This document shows, one piece after another, positions 1 to 9,458 of a stretch of 64,000 nucleotides of DNA. Numbering within the stretch: position 1 is the stretch's first letter; each line of letters opens with the position of its first letter. Below the pieces are notes generated by a model. That model was not told the DNA's origin. It saw only the letters and a list, made by a program, of their open reading frames with translations, and made no database searches. Location: assembly GCF_036108815.1 (NCBI RefSeq), contig NZ_CP107985.1, forward strand, positions 6,386,058 through 6,450,057, given 5' to 3'. The stretch is from Streptomyces sp. NBC_00353. Lineage in GTDB: Bacteria; Actinomycetota; Actinomycetes; Streptomycetales; Streptomycetaceae. Made by a program: the position numbers and the translations under genes.

Positions 1-437
1 AGCAGTTGCTCGTACGAGTTCCAGTAGAAGGAGCGGGCTGCCGCGATGTCGCGGGAGTACCAGGAAGTCGGGGTCCTGCTGATGATCGTCGGGCCGGGCT
101 CCTTGAAGACCGGGACGGCATGGTCGAGCGCCTTGCGCAGGTCGGCGCCGAAGCCGAGGCGGGTGTACGTGTCGGCGCGGCGGGCGTCGGTACGGGGCGG
201 GGCAGCGGACCAGTCGGCCTGTTCCGCCAGGTCCCAGCCGGTCAGCGTGCGGTGCCAAAGTGCGGTGAGCTCGTCGCCGGGGCCCGCGGCGATGATGCGG
301 TCCCGGAAGTGGCTCAGCTCCGTGTCGGCGGGTTCGTCGGCCTCGGTGAGTACGAAGGCCAGCTTGGTGAAGTGCTTGGGTCCGCGGCGCATCGCGGCCA
401 GGACGTCGCCGTGCAGGTTGAGCAGGTGGTCGGTCAT
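1..437 (-). CDS. hypothetical protein, N-terminal part only (gene runs off the left edge of the window)
   Basis: Own translation of the minus strand from cat at 435-437 gives MTDHLLNLHGDVLAAMRRGPKHFTKLAFVLTEADEP... with strong GC3 bias. GAGGAAG lies upstream. Not in the ORF track because it is partial. The plus-strand ORFs 6..593 and 46..1182 are low-complexity antisense artefacts. Confidence 0.45.
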   Translation of the reverse strand, partial: MTDHLLNLHGDVLAAMRRGPKHFTKLAFVLTEADEPADTELSHFRDRIIAAGPGDELTALWHRTLTGWDLAEQADWSAAPPRTDARRADTYTRLGFGADLRKALDHAVPVFKEPGPTIISRTPTSWYSRDIAAARSFYWNSYEQL

Positions 438-486
438 GGTGGGGACGGCTTCCTCGAGAAGGGAGGTGGGCGGACGACTCGGTGGT

Positions 487-2016
487 TCAGCGCGCGAGTT
501 CGCAGCGCGCGGCTGTCACCAGGACGCTGTTCCACAGCGCCACGTTGTCGGTGTGGACAGCCCGCACCCGTTCCTTCTGGAAGATCTCGTTGACCATGAG
601 ATAGAGCATGCTCTTGACGACCGGGGCGTCGTTCAGGCCGCCGCGGCGGCCCCCGTTGAAGGCCTGCCGGTACTCCTTGTTGAGCTTGACCTCCCGCTCG
701 TCACGGTCGAGTTCGAAGAACACCTCCGACGGCAGCGTGTCCCAGCGAAAGGTGATCGCATCCTCGCCCTCCAGCTCCGGAAGTTCGTCACGCAGCGCAC
801 GCCTCAGCTTCGGGTCCAGGCCCTTGCCGGCCGGGAGGACGGCCTTGCGCTGCGGCTCGGTGGCGCGCCGGGCCGCCTCCCGGTACGTCGTCTCCGCTTC
901 CTGGAGATACGTGGCGAACGTCTGGCCCCTGTCGTCCGTGGCCTGTTCGAGGCCGCGGGCGAAGGCGGGGGTGACCGTCACGCCGTCCTTCTTCACCGTG
1001 AGGCTGAAGACGTCGTTCGGTTCGGTCGGCAGGTCGACGGCTATCCGGGCCAGCGCGAGGTGTCCCTCGGCGCTGCGGGTGCTGTTCCAGCCGCCTGCCT
1101 GGACGAGGCGGTCGTTGCGGTAGATGTAGAAGCCCTGGCGTTCGGAGAACGGACCGATGCCGCGGAAGCTGACCAGTGGTGACTTCGGAGGCCAGATGTG
1201 CGCGGTCAGTGCCACCTTGCCGACGCCCTCGACGGGTGCGGTGTACGTACGGGGGAAGCCGGACCGGCCCGGTATCCGGTAGCCGAACGGGTCGATCGGC
1301 TCGACACCGCGGTGGTCGAGTTCCTCCTTGGTCCGGACGTCCTCGACGACGATGTCGATGTTGAAGTCCTCGCGGGCGAGGAAGCGGTGCAGGTACAGAC
1401 CGAGGTGGGTCTCCAGCTTCTCGATCGCGTCGTTCAGGAAGCGGTCGGCCTGACCCGTCGTCACGGTGTCGAAGGCGCGCACCCGGTCCCAGCGGACGAT
1501 CGTGCCGTGCCACTCGACGACCCCGTCGTAGCGGTCGACGAGGTCCTGGCAGTAGCGGGGGTCGACGACGTCGCAGGTGAAGTCGGCCTGCGCGCGCGCC
1601 GTCAGCCAGCGCCGGCCGGTGGACGGACTCTTCTTGGTGCGGCTGATGACGGTCAGCGAATCGGCGTGCGAGAGGGAGGCGGCCTTGAGGCCCGCCCCGA
1701 AGTGGCCGAGCGCGCTTGCCGCGTATCCCTCGCGGCCGCCGACCGTCATTGCGGTGTCCAGGGCCTCGTCGTTCATGCCGCACCCGTCGTCGACGACAAG
1801 GAGGCCGGCGAGGCGGTCGTCGTCCCGGAGGAAACTGACGACGACGTTACGGGCGCCCGCGTCGATGGAGTTGTCGACGAGGTCGGCGATGGCGGCTTCG
1901 AAGCCGTAGCCCTGGTGCGTCAGCGATTCGACGTACCGGGCGGCAGGCGGCAGCCGCTTGCTGCCGGTCGTCGGGATCTCGTACTGCCAGTCGGCAGAAG
2001 GCTGATAAGGCGGCAT
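487..2016 (-). CDS. GHKL-superfamily (HATPase_c/MORC-Hsp90-like) ATP-binding protein, 509 aa
   Basis: Bergerat-fold motifs: N-box AAIADLVDNSIDAGA and G1 box VVDDGCGM, then a long uncharacterised C-terminal region. Start moved to the internal ATG at 2014-2016, preceded by AGGAAG. It lies downstream of the SEC-C gene on the same strand. Confidence 0.7.
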   Translation of the reverse strand: MPPYQPSADWQYEIPTTGSKRLPPAARYVESLTHQGYGFEAAIADLVDNSIDAGARNVVVSFLRDDDRLAGLLVVDDGCGMNDEALDTAMTVGGREGYAASALGHFGAGLKAASLSHADSLTVISRTKKSPSTGRRWLTARAQADFTCDVVDPRYCQDLVDRYDGVVEWHGTIVRWDRVRAFDTVTTGQADRFLNDAIEKLETHLGLYLHRFLAREDFNIDIVVEDVRTKEELDHRGVEPIDPFGYRIPGRSGFPRTYTAPVEGVGKVALTAHIWPPKSPLVSFRGIGPFSERQGFYIYRNDRLVQAGGWNSTRSAEGHLALARIAVDLPTEPNDVFSLTVKKDGVTVTPAFARGLEQATDDRGQTFATYLQEAETTYREAARRATEPQRKAVLPAGKGLDPKLRRALRDELPELEGEDAITFRWDTLPSEVFFELDRDEREVKLNKEYRQAFNGGRRGGLNDAPVVKSMLYLMVNEIFQKERVRAVHTDNVALWNSVLVTAARCELAR

Positions 2017-2234
2017 GAAGGCTTCCTCGCGCACACAGAGCTGAGACCTGCGTGGGGAGGTGCGCCCTGAGATCAATGGTGGGATGTGATGGTATTGCAA
2101 AAGTGGGACATCGAGGGAATCTTCCTGCAGAAAGAATGCCTCGTTCCGCTCACCTACGTCCAAGGGCCCCGCTGGAGCGGGGCCCTTGGGGTTTTCCGGC
2201 AACGGCACAGCAGCAGCGCGCCCCGTTCAGGTGC

Positions 2235-3233
2235 TCATGCCACCCCGTGGCAGTCCCGGTACGCCCGCCCCGACCCGCACCAGCAGGCCGCGGTCCGTGC
2301 AGGAGGCCACGGCACCGCGCGGCCGCGGGCTGCGAGCGTCGTTGCGTACTGGGGGAGGAGGTTCGGGTCGGACGGGGACGCGGCTTCGGAGGCGGCGAAG
2401 GCCTCGTACGAGGGGACCGTGCCGGTGACGATGCCCAGGTTCGGGGTGCCCGCGGAGTGGAGGTCGCGGAGGGCGGCTTCCAGGTCGGTGAGGTGTTCGG
2501 TGTGGGAGGGGTACTCCGCGCGCAGGGTGGGGTATGCGGCGAGAAGTTCGCTCAGTTCGGGCTCCGGCCAGTGCAGGACCGCCACCGGGAACGGGCGGGA
2601 GAGTGCGGTGCGGTAGGTGCCCAGTTCGGCGCGGAGGCGGGTGATCTCGGCCTGGAGCTCGCCCGGGTCGGACGAGCCGAGTGACCACAGCCGCTTCGGG
2701 TCGTGGAGTTCGTCCAGCGGGACCGTGGCGGTGTGGAGCGTGTCGGTCAGGTCGTCCCAGGTGTCGTGGTCGACGCCCATCAGGCGGCGTACCCGGTGGC
2801 GGCCGATCAGCAGCGACTGGGTGGCGTACGGGACTTCCTCGCCCGGTGCCAGGAGCAGGGTCAGCGCGGTCGAGAGGAAGTCGTGGGCCGACTCCAGCTC
2901 GTCGTGCGATTCCAGGGTCTCGGCTGCGATCTGCCAGGGGCCGGGTTCGAGGGGCCCCGCCGCGCGGATGCCCTCGATGATGGCGCGGGCCTCGGCCTCG
3001 TGGCCGTACTCCCAGAGGTTCGATGCCTTGAGGGCCTTGATCAGGTACGGCTCGGCGGCGTCCGCGGCGAGGAGCTCGTCGTAGAGGGGGGTGGCGCGGG
3101 TGCGCTCGCCGGCGAGTTCCAGGTGGGCGGCGGCCCGGAGGAGCAGCGGTTCCCGGTCGTCGGGGTACTGCGCCGCCGTGCGCAGCAGGCGCTCGGCTTC
3201 GGCAATGTGGTCAGCAGGCGTGTCGGGGCGCAT
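2235..3233 (-). CDS. helical/TPR-like protein with C-terminal SEC-C metal-binding motif, 332 aa
   Basis: C-terminus CWCGSGRAYRDCHG matches the SEC-C zinc motif. The rest is an alpha-helical repeat-like body. The upstream part of the 514-aa ORF is P/R-rich junk, so the start was set at the ATG at 3231-3233. Confidence 0.65.
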   Translation of the reverse strand: MRPDTPADHIAEAERLLRTAAQYPDDREPLLLRAAAHLELAGERTRATPLYDELLAADAAEPYLIKALKASNLWEYGHEAEARAIIEGIRAAGPLEPGPWQIAAETLESHDELESAHDFLSTALTLLLAPGEEVPYATQSLLIGRHRVRRLMGVDHDTWDDLTDTLHTATVPLDELHDPKRLWSLGSSDPGELQAEITRLRAELGTYRTALSRPFPVAVLHWPEPELSELLAAYPTLRAEYPSHTEHLTDLEAALRDLHSAGTPNLGIVTGTVPSYEAFAASEAASPSDPNLLPQYATTLAARGRAVPWPPARTAACWCGSGRAYRDCHGVA

Positions 3234-3320
3234 GCACCACACCGTACTGCTGTACGGCTCCTGTACGGAGGGTTGTTCCGACCCTGGAGAGTTACAGGTC
3301 CTGCCCTTATCGTGCGGGCC

Positions 3321-4124
3321 GTGAGGCAGCGGATACCGGTCAGGGTGCAGAGGAACCCGCGCGGGCGGCGCCTTGCCGCGCGCGGGCTGTGGTCGGGCGC
3401 CGAGGCGGTCGTGACCCTCGGTGTGGTGCTGCTGCTTCTCGTCGTCCATCAGCTGTGGTGGACCAATCGGCAGGCCAGGGCCGATGCCCGGCACAAGGTG
3501 CAGTCCCTGGAGCGGGAGTGGGGGCGGACGGGGGAGGGGGACGCCGGTGTTCCGTCCGCCCCGTCGGGCGAGGGCGCGGACGCGGACGCGGATACGGACA
3601 CGGATACGGCGGGGGAAGGCGGGGGAGCGCCGGCGGGTGGTGCGCGTACGGGAGCGGCTGCTGCGCCCCGCTGGGATCAGGCCTACGCCGTCATCCGTAT
3701 CCCGCGCCTGGGGCTCACCGCCCCCGTCGCCCAGGGCATCAGCAAGAGCGGCGTCCTCGACAAGGGGTACGTCGGGCACTATCCGCGCACCGCGCAGCCC
3801 GGTGGCGCCGGGAACTTCGCGCTAGCCGGGCACCGCAATACGCACGGTGAGCCGTTCCGCTACATCAATCGGCTGCGGCGCGGCGACCGGATCACCGTCG
3901 AGACCCGGCAGCGCGTGTACACGTACGTCGTCGACAAGACGCTGGCGCAGACCGCCGCCCGGGACAGCGGGGTCATCGCCGCCGTGCCGCGCAGCAATCT
4001 GAAGCCCGCCTTCGGGTACAGCGAGCCCGGTTCCTACGTGACGCTGACCACGTGCACGCCTGAATTCACCTCCCGTTACCGCCTTGTCGTGTGGGGGAAG
4101 CTGGCGGGTGTGCAGGAGCGGTAG
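3321..4124 (+). CDS. class E sortase (transpeptidase)
   Basis: Motifs AGHRNTHGEPF and active-site TLTTC (TLxTC). N-terminal membrane anchor present. GTG start at 3321. The upstream part of ORF 2703..4124 overlaps the SEC-C gene and was rejected. Confidence 0.75.
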   Translation: MRQRIPVRVQRNPRGRRLAARGLWSGAEAVVTLGVVLLLLVVHQLWWTNRQARADARHKVQSLEREWGRTGEGDAGVPSAPSGEGADADADTDTDTAGEGGGAPAGGARTGAAAAPRWDQAYAVIRIPRLGLTAPVAQGISKSGVLDKGYVGHYPRTAQPGGAGNFALAGHRNTHGEPFRYINRLRRGDRITVETRQRVYTYVVDKTLAQTAARDSGVIAAVPRSNLKPAFGYSEPGSYVTLTTCTPEFTSRYRLVVWGKLAGVQER

Positions 4125-4148
4125 CGGCGGTCACTAAGCTTTTCCGAC

Positions 4149-4337
4149 GTGCTCAGACGACGTCCGCAGTTGTTGTGGTTGCTGGTTCCCTACGTGCTGT
4201 ACCTGGGGGCGCTGCCGTTCGTGAACCGGGTCCGTCCCGTCGTGCTCGGACTGCCGTTCCTCTTCGTGTGGCTGCTCGGGGCGACCCTGCTGACACCCGT
4301 GGCGGTCTGGCTGACCCGGCGGGGGGACCGCCGGTGA
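4149..4337 (+). CDS. small membrane protein (DUF3311-like) coupled to the sodium:solute symporter
   Basis: 62 aa with two transmembrane segments and a GTG start. Its TGA overlaps the symporter GTG start (GTGA). This arrangement is typical for DUF3311/SSS pairs. Confidence 0.6.
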   Translation: MLRRRPQLLWLLVPYVLYLGALPFVNRVRPVVLGLPFLFVWLLGATLLTPVAVWLTRRGDRR

Positions 4338-5896
4338 ACGCCGCGGTCGCGACCTCCGTCTTCGGGGCCTTCATGGTGGCCACCGTCGCTCTCGGGCTCC
4401 TCGCCGTGCGAGGCCGCGGGAACAGGGGCCGTGACGGGCTTGCCGAGTGGTCCGTCGGCGGGCGCAGCCTCGGGACCGTCTTCATCTGGGTGCTGATGGC
4501 CGGCGAGGGCTACACCAGCTTCAGCTATCTCGGCGCCGCGGGATGGGGCTACAACTACGGGGCCCCCGTGCTCTATGTGGTGGCGTACATGTCCTGCGGT
4601 TACGCCGTCGGATATGTCGTCGGGCCGATGCTCTGGGCGTACGCGCGCCGGCACGGGCTCGTCGGGATCACCGACATGGTCGCGCACCGCTTCGGGCGGC
4701 CCTGGCTCGGCGCCCTCGTCGCCGTCCTCGCGACCGTGTTCCTGCTGCCGTACATCCAGCTGCAGATCACCGGCATGGGCGTCGTCGTCTCCACCATCTC
4801 GTACGGTGCCATCAGCCTGAACTGGGCGTACTTCATAGCCTTCGCCGTCACCACGGGTTTCGTCGTGGTCAGCGGACTGCGCGGCAGCGCCTGGGTGTCC
4901 GTGCTCAAGGACGTGCTGGTGATCGCCACTCTCGGGTTCCTCGCCCTCTACGTCCCCATGCACTACTTCGACGGGTACGGGCCCTTCCTGGACCGGCTCG
5001 TCACCGAGAAGAGCGAGTGGCTGGCCTTCCCCGGGCACGGCGACAGCGGGCTCGGGCAGGCGTGGTTCATCACCACCTCGTTCCTCAACTCCCTCACCGT
5101 GGTGATCTTCCCGACCACCGTTGCCGGCTACCTCGGCGCGAAGAACGCCGACGTCCTGCGCCGCAACGCGATGTGGCTGCCCGCCTACAACGTGCTGTTG
5201 TTCGTCCCGATGCTGCTCGGCATGGCCGCCCTCTTCGTCGTGCCGGGGCTCGTCGGCGCCGAGTCCAACCTCGCGCTCTTCGAGCTCGTCGTGGACTCGC
5301 TGCCCGCCTGGGCCGTCGGCGTCATCGGGGTGGCGGCCGCGCTGTCGTCGATCGTGCCCATGGCCGTCTTCATGCTCGTCATCGGCACCATGTGGGGGCG
5401 CAGCGTGCTCTCGCTCGTACCCCGCTGGCAGCAGCGGCAGAAGGGCGCCGCGCAGACCGTCGTCGTGGCCGCGGGCGTCATCGCGCTCGTGCTGACGTAC
5501 ACCGCGCCGAACACGCTGGTGCGGCTCTCTCTCGTCTCGTACGAGGGGATGGCGCAGCTGCTCCCCATGGTGCTGCTGGGACTGATGTGGCGGCGGCTGA
5601 CGCTGCTCGGTGCGATGGCCGGGCTGGTCGTGGGCGTGGGGGTGGTCTGCGGGTTCGTGTTCACCGGGAACGATCCGGTGTGGGGCGTGAACGCGGGCAT
5701 CGTCGCCCTCGGCGCCAACCTCGCCGTCGCGCTCGCGGTGACCTACGCCGGCCCGCGCGAGCACGACGACCGGCCGGACGGCGACGTGCTCGCGCGGGAC
5801 GAGCCGGGGGAGAGGCGGGAGGCCGGGGAGAGCCGGAGGCCGGAGCTCTCGGGGGTGGGCGTCAGCGAGGCGAGCGACGCTCCCGCAGGAGCATGA
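4334..5896 (+). CDS. sodium:solute symporter family transporter
   Basis: About 13 transmembrane segments with an SSF-like profile. Start reassigned to the GTG at 4334. Confidence 0.8.
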   Translation: MNAAVATSVFGAFMVATVALGLLAVRGRGNRGRDGLAEWSVGGRSLGTVFIWVLMAGEGYTSFSYLGAAGWGYNYGAPVLYVVAYMSCGYAVGYVVGPMLWAYARRHGLVGITDMVAHRFGRPWLGALVAVLATVFLLPYIQLQITGMGVVVSTISYGAISLNWAYFIAFAVTTGFVVVSGLRGSAWVSVLKDVLVIATLGFLALYVPMHYFDGYGPFLDRLVTEKSEWLAFPGHGDSGLGQAWFITTSFLNSLTVVIFPTTVAGYLGAKNADVLRRNAMWLPAYNVLLFVPMLLGMAALFVVPGLVGAESNLALFELVVDSLPAWAVGVIGVAAALSSIVPMAVFMLVIGTMWGRSVLSLVPRWQQRQKGAAQTVVVAAGVIALVLTYTAPNTLVRLSLVSYEGMAQLLPMVLLGLMWRRLTLLGAMAGLVVGVGVVCGFVFTGNDPVWGVNAGIVALGANLAVALAVTYAGPREHDDRPDGDVLARDEPGERREAGESRRPELSGVGVSEASDAPAGA

Positions 5897-7310
5897 CGAC
5901 CACCGTCGCCACCAGGGCCGTCGCGACCGAGAGCAGCACCGCCCCGTCCGCACCCGAGCCCGACGTCGCGACCGCGATCGTCAGCGCGACCCCCGCCGAC
6001 GAGCCGAGGTAGCGGGCGGTGTTGTTCGCCCCGGAACCCATCGCCGCCCGCTCCGCCGGCACCGACTCCACCGCGACACGCGGCAGCGCGGCATTGAGCA
6101 GGCCGCTGCCGATGCCGGAGACGACGAGCGCCAGGGTGAGCCGCAGCCACACCGACGGGCCCGCCGTTCCCGCGTCCAGGGTGCCCAGCAGCGCCAGCAC
6201 CGCCACGGCGTGCAGGGCGAAGCCCGCGGCCAGCTGGTGGCGCGCCGAGACCCTGCCCGTCAGCCGCCGTGCCTGCAGCGCCACCACGAACGACGTACCG
6301 GACCAGAGCAGGAACAGCCACGCCGTGCCCATCGGCGACAGTCCGAGTCCCCCTTGCAGAAGTGTCGGCAGATAGCTGAACAGGCCGATCACCGCGAATC
6401 CGGTGAACAGACCGCCCGCCAGCGACGTCAGGAACGGGCGGCTGCGCAGCAGCGTCAGATCGATCAGCGGCGCCGCGGCCCGGCGCTCCACCACCACGAA
6501 CACGGCGGTCAGCGCGAGCACGGCAAGCAGCAGCAGGCCGACACTCGCGCGCAGCCAGCCTTCCCGGCCCAGCGTGAGGGCCGTCAGCAGTGCGGTCATC
6601 GCCAGGCCGAGCGCCGCTGTGCCCGCGAGATCGGGACGGCCGCCGCGCGGCGAACGGGACTCGGAGAGCACGCGGAACGCAAAGGCGGCCGTGCCGAGTG
6701 CGGCGACCGCGAGTGCGGCATACACCAGCCGCCAGTCGATGATGCCCAGCGAACCGGCGAGCAGCGGGCCGAGCGCGATCCCGCCGCTCACGCACGCACC
6801 CCAGATCCCGGTCGCTCTGATCCTGGCCGTCCCCGCGGGGAACGCGCCGACGAGCAGGCCCAGGCTGGTCGCGAGGATCGCCGCGGTCGCCGCGCCCTGG
6901 GCGACCCGGGCCAGCGTGAAGACGAGCGTGCTGGTCGCGAAGGCGCCGGCCGCGGTGGTGACGCCGAGGCCCAGGGTGCCGATGAGGAACAGCCTGCGCC
7001 GGCCGTAGTCGTCGGCGAGGCTGCCCACGACGAGGAGGAAGGCGGCCAGTCCGAGCGGGGTGCCGTTGATCAGCCAGGCCTGGCCGGAGGCGGGGGTGGC
7101 GAGCGCGGCGGAGATGCCGGGGACGGTCGTCAACGGCGACGTGTAGTTCATCAGCGCCACGGTGGTGGCCAGGGCGGTGACGGCGAGGGTGGCGGTGGGG
7201 CGGGAGGAGGAGGGGGAGAGGGCGGCGGTCGGGCGGGTCACGGCACGTCTCGGGGGGTGCGATGGGGTGTGCGCGAGCTGCTGAGTGAGGGGACGTGTGG
7301 GCTGCGCCAT
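5862..7310 (-). CDS. MFS transporter
   Basis: Twelve or more transmembrane segments and the MFS motif GxLADDYGRRR. Start at the ATG MAQPTRPL (7308-7310). Confidence 0.8.
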   Translation of the reverse strand: MAQPTRPLTQQLAHTPSHPPRRAVTRPTAALSPSSSRPTATLAVTALATTVALMNYTSPLTTVPGISAALATPASGQAWLINGTPLGLAAFLLVVGSLADDYGRRRLFLIGTLGLGVTTAAGAFATSTLVFTLARVAQGAATAAILATSLGLLVGAFPAGTARIRATGIWGACVSGGIALGPLLAGSLGIIDWRLVYAALAVAALGTAAFAFRVLSESRSPRGGRPDLAGTAALGLAMTALLTALTLGREGWLRASVGLLLLAVLALTAVFVVVERRAAAPLIDLTLLRSRPFLTSLAGGLFTGFAVIGLFSYLPTLLQGGLGLSPMGTAWLFLLWSGTSFVVALQARRLTGRVSARHQLAAGFALHAVAVLALLGTLDAGTAGPSVWLRLTLALVVSGIGSGLLNAALPRVAVESVPAERAAMGSGANNTARYLGSSAGVALTIAVATSGSGADGAVLLSVATALVATVVVMLLRERRSPR

Positions 7311-7441
7311 GGCTTCGCTCCGGGGCTCGGGTCGTTCGTTCCGGGTCGGCTCTCGGCCGCTCTTGGTTCGGTGAATGAACTTAGGGTTGTAGGTCGACGC
7401 TAACACGGGTCGGTTCATTCATCGAACCTTGTGGGAGTAAA

Positions 7442-7978
7442 GTGGTGCCCATGGCTCTCGGCAAGGACTACGCGACACAGCAGTGCTCGATCGCCCGCGC
7501 ACTCGAAGTGATCGGCGAGCGCTGGACCCTCCTGGTGGTGCGCGACGCGTTCTTCGGCGTCCGCCGCTACAGCGACTTCCTCGTGCACCTCGGCATCCCG
7601 CGTGCCGTCCTCGCTGCACGGCTGCAGTCCCTCATCGAGGCCGGAGTACTGGAGAAGCGCCGCTACCAGCAGTCGCCGCCGCGCGACGAATACCTCCTCA
7701 CCGACAGCGGCAAGGCCCTCTGGCCGGTCCTGCGCACCCTCGGTGTGTGGGGGAGCGAGCACATTCCCGGTACGCGTCCGATGCGGCTCTTCATCCATGC
7801 CGCCTGCGGTACGGAGCTGGGGCCGTACGGCAACTGCCCGGCCTGCGCCCAGGTCGTACCGCTGGAGGATGTCGAGATGCGGCCGGGCGACGGGCTCGAC
7901 CCGAACCGCGATCCGGTCAGCCGCGCCCTGTTCGCGCCGCGCAGGCTGCTCCAGCCCCTGGAGGCCGACCCCGTCTGA
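7442..7978 (+). CDS. HxlR-family transcriptional regulator
   Basis: Winged-HTH HxlR signature CSIARALEVIGERWTLLVVRD. Divergent from the MFS gene. Confidence 0.8.
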   Translation: MVPMALGKDYATQQCSIARALEVIGERWTLLVVRDAFFGVRRYSDFLVHLGIPRAVLAARLQSLIEAGVLEKRRYQQSPPRDEYLLTDSGKALWPVLRTLGVWGSEHIPGTRPMRLFIHAACGTELGPYGNCPACAQVVPLEDVEMRPGDGLDPNRDPVSRALFAPRRLLQPLEADPV

Positions 7979-8064
7979 CGCCGGCCCCCTGCCACGGTGC
8001 CATCGTGTATAACGGCTGGAGGGCCGAACGGACGAGCCCACCGGGCCGAGCAGGGGAGGGATCG

Positions 8065-8400
8065 ATGAGCGGCAGCATCAGCAACCGTCTGCGCGCCGGT
8101 GTCGCACGCCTGCCCCGTCCCGTCGGAATCCTGCTCTTCCTCCTCACCGAGGTCCTCCTCGCCGAGGGCGGCAGCCTCTCCGCCGCGGTCGCGCTGGCCG
8201 CCACCGCGGCCGCCGGTTCCGCGCTCGTCGCCTGCTCGGTCATCAGCGCCCGCTGCGCCGCCCCCGTGCCCCGCACCCGGGTCCGTACCGCGATGCGCGA
8301 CCGCGAGAAACGCACCGCGTTCCTGCCGCAGCGCGACCCCGACGCCAAGGGGCGCAGGCGGCCCCGAGCCCCCGGCCACGCCCTCCTGACGGCCGCGTAG
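8065..8400 (+). CDS. small hydrophobic hypothetical protein
   Basis: ATG preceded by GGGGAGGG, strong GC3 bias and one or two transmembrane segments. No recognisable domain. Confidence 0.45.
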   Translation: MSGSISNRLRAGVARLPRPVGILLFLLTEVLLAEGGSLSAAVALAATAAAGSALVACSVISARCAAPVPRTRVRTAMRDREKRTAFLPQRDPDAKGRRRPRAPGHALLTAA

Positions 8401-8528
8401 GGACTTCCGCCCACCTTCTTGCCTGTGTACGTACGCACACGCGTACCCGGGTGCACCCCCACGCGGGTCGTCATGCCGAGCCAGATGTTCTCTCCCCCGG
8501 CACGACGAGACCCCCGGAGGGCTCACCC

Positions 8529-9299
8529 ATGTCCGTCTTCATGTCCGCTTTCGCCGGCCTGGTCGGCTCCTTCGCCGACCTCCTCCAGCCGCTCTTCCAG
8601 GGCGCCGCCACGGCCGCCGCGATCGTCCTCTTCACCGCGCTGGTGCGGCTCGCCGTGCACCCCCTGTCGCGGGCCGCGGCGCGCGGGCAGAAGGCCCGCA
8701 CCAAACTCCAGCCGCAGATCGCCGAATTGCGCAAGAAGCACGGCAAGAACCCCGAGCGCATGCAGAAGGCGCTCATGGAACTGCACAAGGAGGAGAAGGT
8801 CTCGCCGCTGTCCGGCTGCCTGCCCAGCCTTCTCCAGATGCCGGCCTTCTTCCTGCTCTACCACCTCTTCTCCAGCCAGAAGATCGGCGGCGACCCCAAC
8901 GCGCTGCTCGGCCACGAGCTCTTCGGCGCCCCGCTCGGCGAGCGCTGGCACGACGCGCTGGCGCACGGCGGGCTGTTCGGCGCGCAGAGCGTCGTCTATC
9001 TCGGCCTCTTCGTGATCGTCGCCGCCGTCGCCACGTTCAACTACCGGCGTACGAAGCGTCAGCTCGCCGCAGCCCCGGCCACTCCCGCCACCGGGCCCGA
9101 CGGGCAGCCGATGCCGGGCATGGGCGCGATGACGAAGCTGATGCCGCTGATGTCCTTCTTCACGCTCGTCTCGGTCGCGTACGTGCCGCTCGCCGCCGCG
9201 CTCTACATCGTCACCAGCACCACCTGGACCGCGGTCGAGCGGACCGTCCTCTACCGCGACATGCCGGCCGCGGGCGCCGCCATGGCCACCGTGGCGTAA
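8529..9299 (+). CDS. YidC/Oxa1-family membrane protein insertase (short paralog)
   Basis: Conserved YidC core: LVRLAVHPLS...KLQPQIAELRKKHGKNPERMQKALMELHKEEKVSPLSGCLPSLLQMPAFFLLY. GGAGGG lies before the ATG at 8529. Confidence 0.8.
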   Translation: MSVFMSAFAGLVGSFADLLQPLFQGAATAAAIVLFTALVRLAVHPLSRAAARGQKARTKLQPQIAELRKKHGKNPERMQKALMELHKEEKVSPLSGCLPSLLQMPAFFLLYHLFSSQKIGGDPNALLGHELFGAPLGERWHDALAHGGLFGAQSVVYLGLFVIVAAVATFNYRRTKRQLAAAPATPATGPDGQPMPGMGAMTKLMPLMSFFTLVSVAYVPLAAALYIVTSTTWTAVERTVLYRDMPAAGAAMATVA

Positions 9300-9458
9300 G
9301 GGGCATGGCCACTGCGGCGCAGTCGCCGCGGCGAGTGCGCCGGTCCAGTGCGTGAACAGGGTCTTGCGGAGTGATCCGATGTCTTGGAGGATCGGCCAAG
9401 CCTGCGATGGCCGCCACCCATCCGACGGGCCCGATCTCGACGAAGGGGAGACAGACCG

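Noticed and set aside
6-1182. Plus-strand ORFs 6..593 and 46..1182
   Set aside because: Low-complexity antisense artefacts. A coding-quality minus-strand gene (1..437) and the GHKL gene explain this region.
2703-3320. Upstream 206 codons of the 473-aa sortase ORF
   Set aside because: This stretch overlaps the SEC-C gene on the other strand and has no sortase-like sequence. A GTG at 3321 gives a normal class E sortase.
4190-7403. Long antisense ORFs (587 aa minus, 521 aa plus, 397 aa plus) across the symporter and MFS genes
   Set aside because: Low-complexity R/G/H-rich products. The transporter frames give clean transmembrane-helix proteins.
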